Positions 60,696-64,000 of a stretch of 64,000 nucleotides of DNA are shown here, in pieces. This DNA is from an uncultured beta proteobacterium (GTDB lineage: Bacteria > Pseudomonadota > Gammaproteobacteria > Burkholderiales > Burkholderiaceae), in NCBI GenBank assembly GCA_903867305.1, contig CAIPQU010000012.1:5377-69376 (forward strand), written 5' to 3'. The notes beneath the pieces were generated by a model. That model had not been told where the DNA came from, ran no database searches, and saw nothing but the letters and a program-made list of their open reading frames with translations. The number at the start of each line of letters is the position of its first letter. Position 1 is the stretch's first letter. Both the position numbers and the translations under genes were made by a program.

Positions 60696-62636
60696 TTAAA
60701 TCTCAATTTTGGCGCCAAGTTCCACCACACGGTTGGTGGGAATTTGGAAAAAATCGGCTGGTTTTGCTGAGTTCTGGAACATCCAAGCAAAAAGCTTTTC
60801 GCGCCAAATAGCCATACCTGGGATGGCTGAAGGTACAACCGTATCTCTCGCCAAGAAAAAAGAAGTCTCCATCAACTCACATTGAATATTAAATTGCTTA
60901 CCAATCATCTCCATGATGCTTAGTACATCGGGCGTTTCCTTAAATCCGTAAATCGCTCTCACCAAATACATTCCAGCCCCTAAATCTTTGAAGGTTAGAC
61001 GCTCCTCATCTTCAACAAAGGGAATGTCCCAGACACTGATTTTTAAGAAAATGACCCGTTCATGCAAGATGCGATTGTGTTTTAAGTTATGCAGCATGGC
61101 CACGGGTACATAGTCAACGTGGGCGGTTAAAAATACGGCAGTTCCTTCTACCCGATGAGGTGGATGCGCAGCCAAGGATTGAACAAAGCTCTCCAGAGGG
61201 ATGCCGTTTTGAATCGCTTTCTCACGTAAGATTCTGCGCCCCTGAAACCACGTCATTAATAGTAAGAAGCAAATCATTCCCAGCAACAAGGGAAACCACC
61301 CACCCTCAGCAACTTTTAATAAGTTGGCGGCAAGGAAGGCAAAGTCAACGATTAAAAATGAACCAATCACTAAAAAGATAAAAATGGGATTCCATTTCCA
61401 AACAAAACTCATCACGATCGCCGCTAAAATGGTGGTGATAATCATGGTCGTCGTAACGGCAATTCCATAGGCAGCAGCAAGGTTTGCGGAGCTTTTAAAA
61501 GCAATCACAATGGCAACAACTACAACCAATAAAAGCCAATTGATAGTTGGTATGTATATTTGTCCAATCTCTTTCGCAGAAGTGTAGGAGACTTTCATTT
61601 TAGGAACAAATCCTAAAAGAATCGCTTGGCTGGTCATCGAATACGCTCCAGAAATCACTGCCTGCGAGGCAATAACGGTGGCAATCGTCGCCAAAATGAC
61701 TAAGCTTAATGTATAGGATTCAGGAACCATCAAGAAAAATGGATTAGTGATAGCTTCGGGATGCGAGATTAAAAAAGCACCCTGTCCAAAATAGTTGAGT
61801 AACAACGACGGCATCGTAATAAAAAACCAAGCTAACCGAATCGGCTTAGCACCAAAATGCCCCATGTCAGCATATAAAGCTTCAGCGCCCGTTAGAACTA
61901 AAAATACCGCACCTAAAACAATAAAAGCCTGTAAGGAATGCTCCATCAAAAACTCAATGGCATAAATTGGCCTCACCGCAATTAACACATGAGGGTTATC
62001 AACAATGTTATAAAAACCCATGACTGCTAAAACAAGAAACCAAATAATCATAATGGGGCCAAACAATGCTCCCACAATGTGCGTACCACTTCGTTGAATT
62101 AAAAACAAACAAATTAAAATGGCCAAAGTAATCGGTATCACAAAGCGCGTGAACTCTTCAGAAACGATCTCGAGACCTTCAACCGCTGATAAGACAGAAA
62201 TCGCTGGAGTAATGACTGCGTCACCATAGAACATACAAGCACCAAAAACCCCCAACATAATAATGGCTAAAGATCTCTTAGAGTTTGGTGGAACCGTTCT
62301 TAAAGCCAAAGCCATGAGAGCCAAAATACCACCCTCACCATTATTGCTGGCACGCATGACAAATAACAAATATTTTAGGGAGACGACGATTAAGAAAGCC
62401 CAAAACACCATTGATAAAATGCCGTAGACACTCTCCTCAGAAAAGGGAATCCCATGTTCGGGACTGAAACATTCTTTTAAGGCGTAGAGTGGGCTAGTTC
62501 CAATATCTCCAAAAACGATACCAGTTGCTGCAATCGTAAGAGCTGCTAGTCCACCTTTTTTTTCATGCGAATTTTGATGCAAAGTGATGGGGCGAAGAAT
62601 CTTGGATTCTGAAAACTCGGGATTGCTTAAAGACAT
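60696..62636 (-). CDS. kup: KUP/HAK/KT potassium uptake protein
   Basis: [26 protein letters not shown] and GQIYIP motifs. Confidence 0.97.
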   Translation of the reverse strand: MSLSNPEFSESKILRPITLHQNSHEKKGGLAALTIAATGIVFGDIGTSPLYALKECFSPEHGIPFSEESVYGILSMVFWAFLIVVSLKYLLFVMRASNNGEGGILALMALALRTVPPNSKRSLAIIMLGVFGACMFYGDAVITPAISVLSAVEGLEIVSEEFTRFVIPITLAILICLFLIQRSGTHIVGALFGPIMIIWFLVLAVMGFYNIVDNPHVLIAVRPIYAIEFLMEHSLQAFIVLGAVFLVLTGAEALYADMGHFGAKPIRLAWFFITMPSLLLNYFGQGAFLISHPEAITNPFFLMVPESYTLSLVILATIATVIASQAVISGAYSMTSQAILLGFVPKMKVSYTSAKEIGQIYIPTINWLLLVVVVAIVIAFKSSANLAAAYGIAVTTTMIITTILAAIVMSFVWKWNPIFIFLVIGSFLIVDFAFLAANLLKVAEGGWFPLLLGMICFLLLMTWFQGRRILREKAIQNGIPLESFVQSLAAHPPHRVEGTAVFLTAHVDYVPVAMLHNLKHNRILHERVIFLKISVWDIPFVEDEERLTFKDLGAGMYLVRAIYGFKETPDVLSIMEMIGKQFNIQCELMETSFFLARDTVVPSAIPGMAIWREKLFAWMFQNSAKPADFFQIPTNRVVELGAKIEI

Positions 62637-63040
62637 TTTTTACCTAAAATAGATTTCGGTCAAAGTATTGTAATCCTTTCGAATCGAAAAAAAATCTAAA
62701 ATACCAGCTGCCCTTACCAAATTTGCAAGAAGTGTGCATTTAATTCAAGACTTATATGAAATAAATACTTAATTTCGCGTAAATTAACCAACGAAAATGA
62801 TTGCTAAGCCATTGAAAATAAAGATTTAGTAGGTCATTTCGAGATGTTTCACGACGATCAACTAATTTGTCTTACATTTCCAAAATATGCTTTGGGGATG
62901 AACTAATAACGAGTTCTTGTTGAGTAGCATACGTTTGATATGGGCGCATCAAAATCAAAGAGCTGCTAATTTAAGGGATAAAATACGCATTTGCTGAGCA
63001 TCCTGGCAATACTTTCAAGTTGACCTTTTAAAAACCACTT

Positions 63041-63916
63041 ATGAAAACTTCGATGACCCATCTTCTGGAAAAATACGCTCTGAGTGAACTCCTTGAGTGG
63101 GTTGATATTATTTTTATCCTCTTTGAAGTTTGTGTGATTATTTTTTCTTCCTGGCTGATAGCACGTTTGCTCCGCAGTGTTATCACGAGTGTCGAAAATC
63201 GATTAGCCAATCGAGCCTCGGGTGATGATGTCAAACGTATACAAACTCTCTCAAGGGTCATTCGCTATATCGCAACAGTCATCATTGTCATGATTACCCT
63301 GATGACCGTTTTATCGGGCTTTGGGGTTTCTGTAGCGCCTTTTTTAGCGACAGCTGGTGTGGCTGGTATTGCAGTTGGATTCGGGGCTCAAAGTCTAGTG
63401 AAAGACTACTTTACTGGATTTGTAATGCTCATTGAAGATCAAATCCGACAAGGGGATATCGTCGAAATCGCTGGAAAAGTTGGAACTGTTGAAGAAGTAA
63501 CTCTACGTTATATTCGATTACGTGATTATGAAGGAGTCGTACATTTTGTACCGAATAGTGTGATTACGGTAGTCACCAACCGAACCAGAAGCTATGCGTA
63601 CTCGGTGATCGATATTAGCGTTGCCTATAAGGAAAACGTTACGCATGTCAATGAGGTATTAAAACAGGTGGCACTAGAGATGAGAGCCGATCCAGAACTC
63701 GCCGATAAAATACTTGATCATCTTGAAATCGCAGGAGTAGAGAAATTTGCTGACTCTTCAATCATTATTCGATCAAGGATGAAGGTGATGGCGATTCATC
63801 AAGGCTTCATTAGAAGAGAGTTTCAAGCCAGAGTCAAAGTGGCTTTTGAACGTGAAAAAATCAGCATCCCCTACCCTCATTTTGTGATTGATAACATTCC
63901 TGGAACTAATAGATAG
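63041..63916 (+). CDS. mscS: Small-conductance mechanosensitive channel family protein
   Basis: AGVAGIAVGFGAQ and GDIVEI...GTVEEV..R motifs. Confidence 0.9.
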   Translation: MKTSMTHLLEKYALSELLEWVDIIFILFEVCVIIFSSWLIARLLRSVITSVENRLANRASGDDVKRIQTLSRVIRYIATVIIVMITLMTVLSGFGVSVAPFLATAGVAGIAVGFGAQSLVKDYFTGFVMLIEDQIRQGDIVEIAGKVGTVEEVTLRYIRLRDYEGVVHFVPNSVITVVTNRTRSYAYSVIDISVAYKENVTHVNEVLKQVALEMRADPELADKILDHLEIAGVEKFADSSIIIRSRMKVMAIHQGFIRREFQARVKVAFEREKISIPYPHFVIDNIPGTNR

Positions 63917-63918
63917 AC

Positions 63919-63947
63919 TTGCGTATTTTATAGTTAAGTGCTATAGT
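63919..63947 (+). promoter_or_regulatory. Sigma70 promoter of the tRNA gene
   Basis: TTGCGT, 17-nt spacer, TATAGT, ending 22 nt upstream of the tRNA. Confidence 0.75.
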
Positions 63948-63969
63948 AGTCTTCTTATTACCAAACAGA

Positions 63970-64000
63970 CGCGGGGTGGAGCAGTCTGGCAGCTCGTCGG
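63970..64000 (+). tRNA. Initiator tRNA-fMet, 5' part (truncated before the anticodon)
   Basis: CGCGGGGTGGAGCAGTCTGGCAGCTCGTCGG matches the initiator tRNA acceptor and D arms. The CAT anticodon is outside the window. Confidence 0.88.

Noticed and set aside
62637-63040. 400-nt kup/mscS intergenic region as an ncRNA, riboswitch or FNR site
   Set aside because: Only short ORFs without an RBS and a tttgat-N8-atcaaa dyad (62934-62953), whose spacing does not fit FNR (N4). No recognisable aptamer.

Overview
Bacterial chromosome segment, AT-rich and gene-dense. Six Bug/TctC binding proteins, a Burkholderiales-type thi operon and gcdH, msrPQ, selO, yjgA, rlmJ and kup point to a betaproteobacterium, most likely Polynucleobacter-like Burkholderiaceae; this taxonomy is inferred. 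About 1-35.7 kb is an accessory catabolic block with no recognisable regulator, integrase or IS. It contains: (i) a tungsten-family aldehyde oxidoreductase operon (aorA-aorB-aorC, the last truncated by the window); (ii) a Bug-ThDP enzyme-aldehyde dehydrogenase unit; (iii) a split CoxL/S/M-type molybdenum hydroxylase with a NitT/TauT ABC importer and a barbiturase-type ring-opening amidohydrolase, flanked by AtzH-like and VOC genes. Unit (iii) is the best candidate for an undescribed system: an oxidative pyrimidine or cyclic-imide pathway in a proteobacterium. The block also holds (iv) a further set of orphan enzymes, several with non-canonical catalytic motifs. About 35.7-64 kb is mostly core: a TPP riboswitch with thiCOSGE, thiD, selO-yjgA, an unannotated 51-aa ORF, an HNH gene, msrPQ, an envelope glycosylation cluster, rlmJ, a queuosine-precursor transporter, gcdH, kup, mscS and the 5' end of tRNA-fMet. 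No CRISPR array, prophage or transposase was seen. All family calls come from motif recognition; no database was searched.
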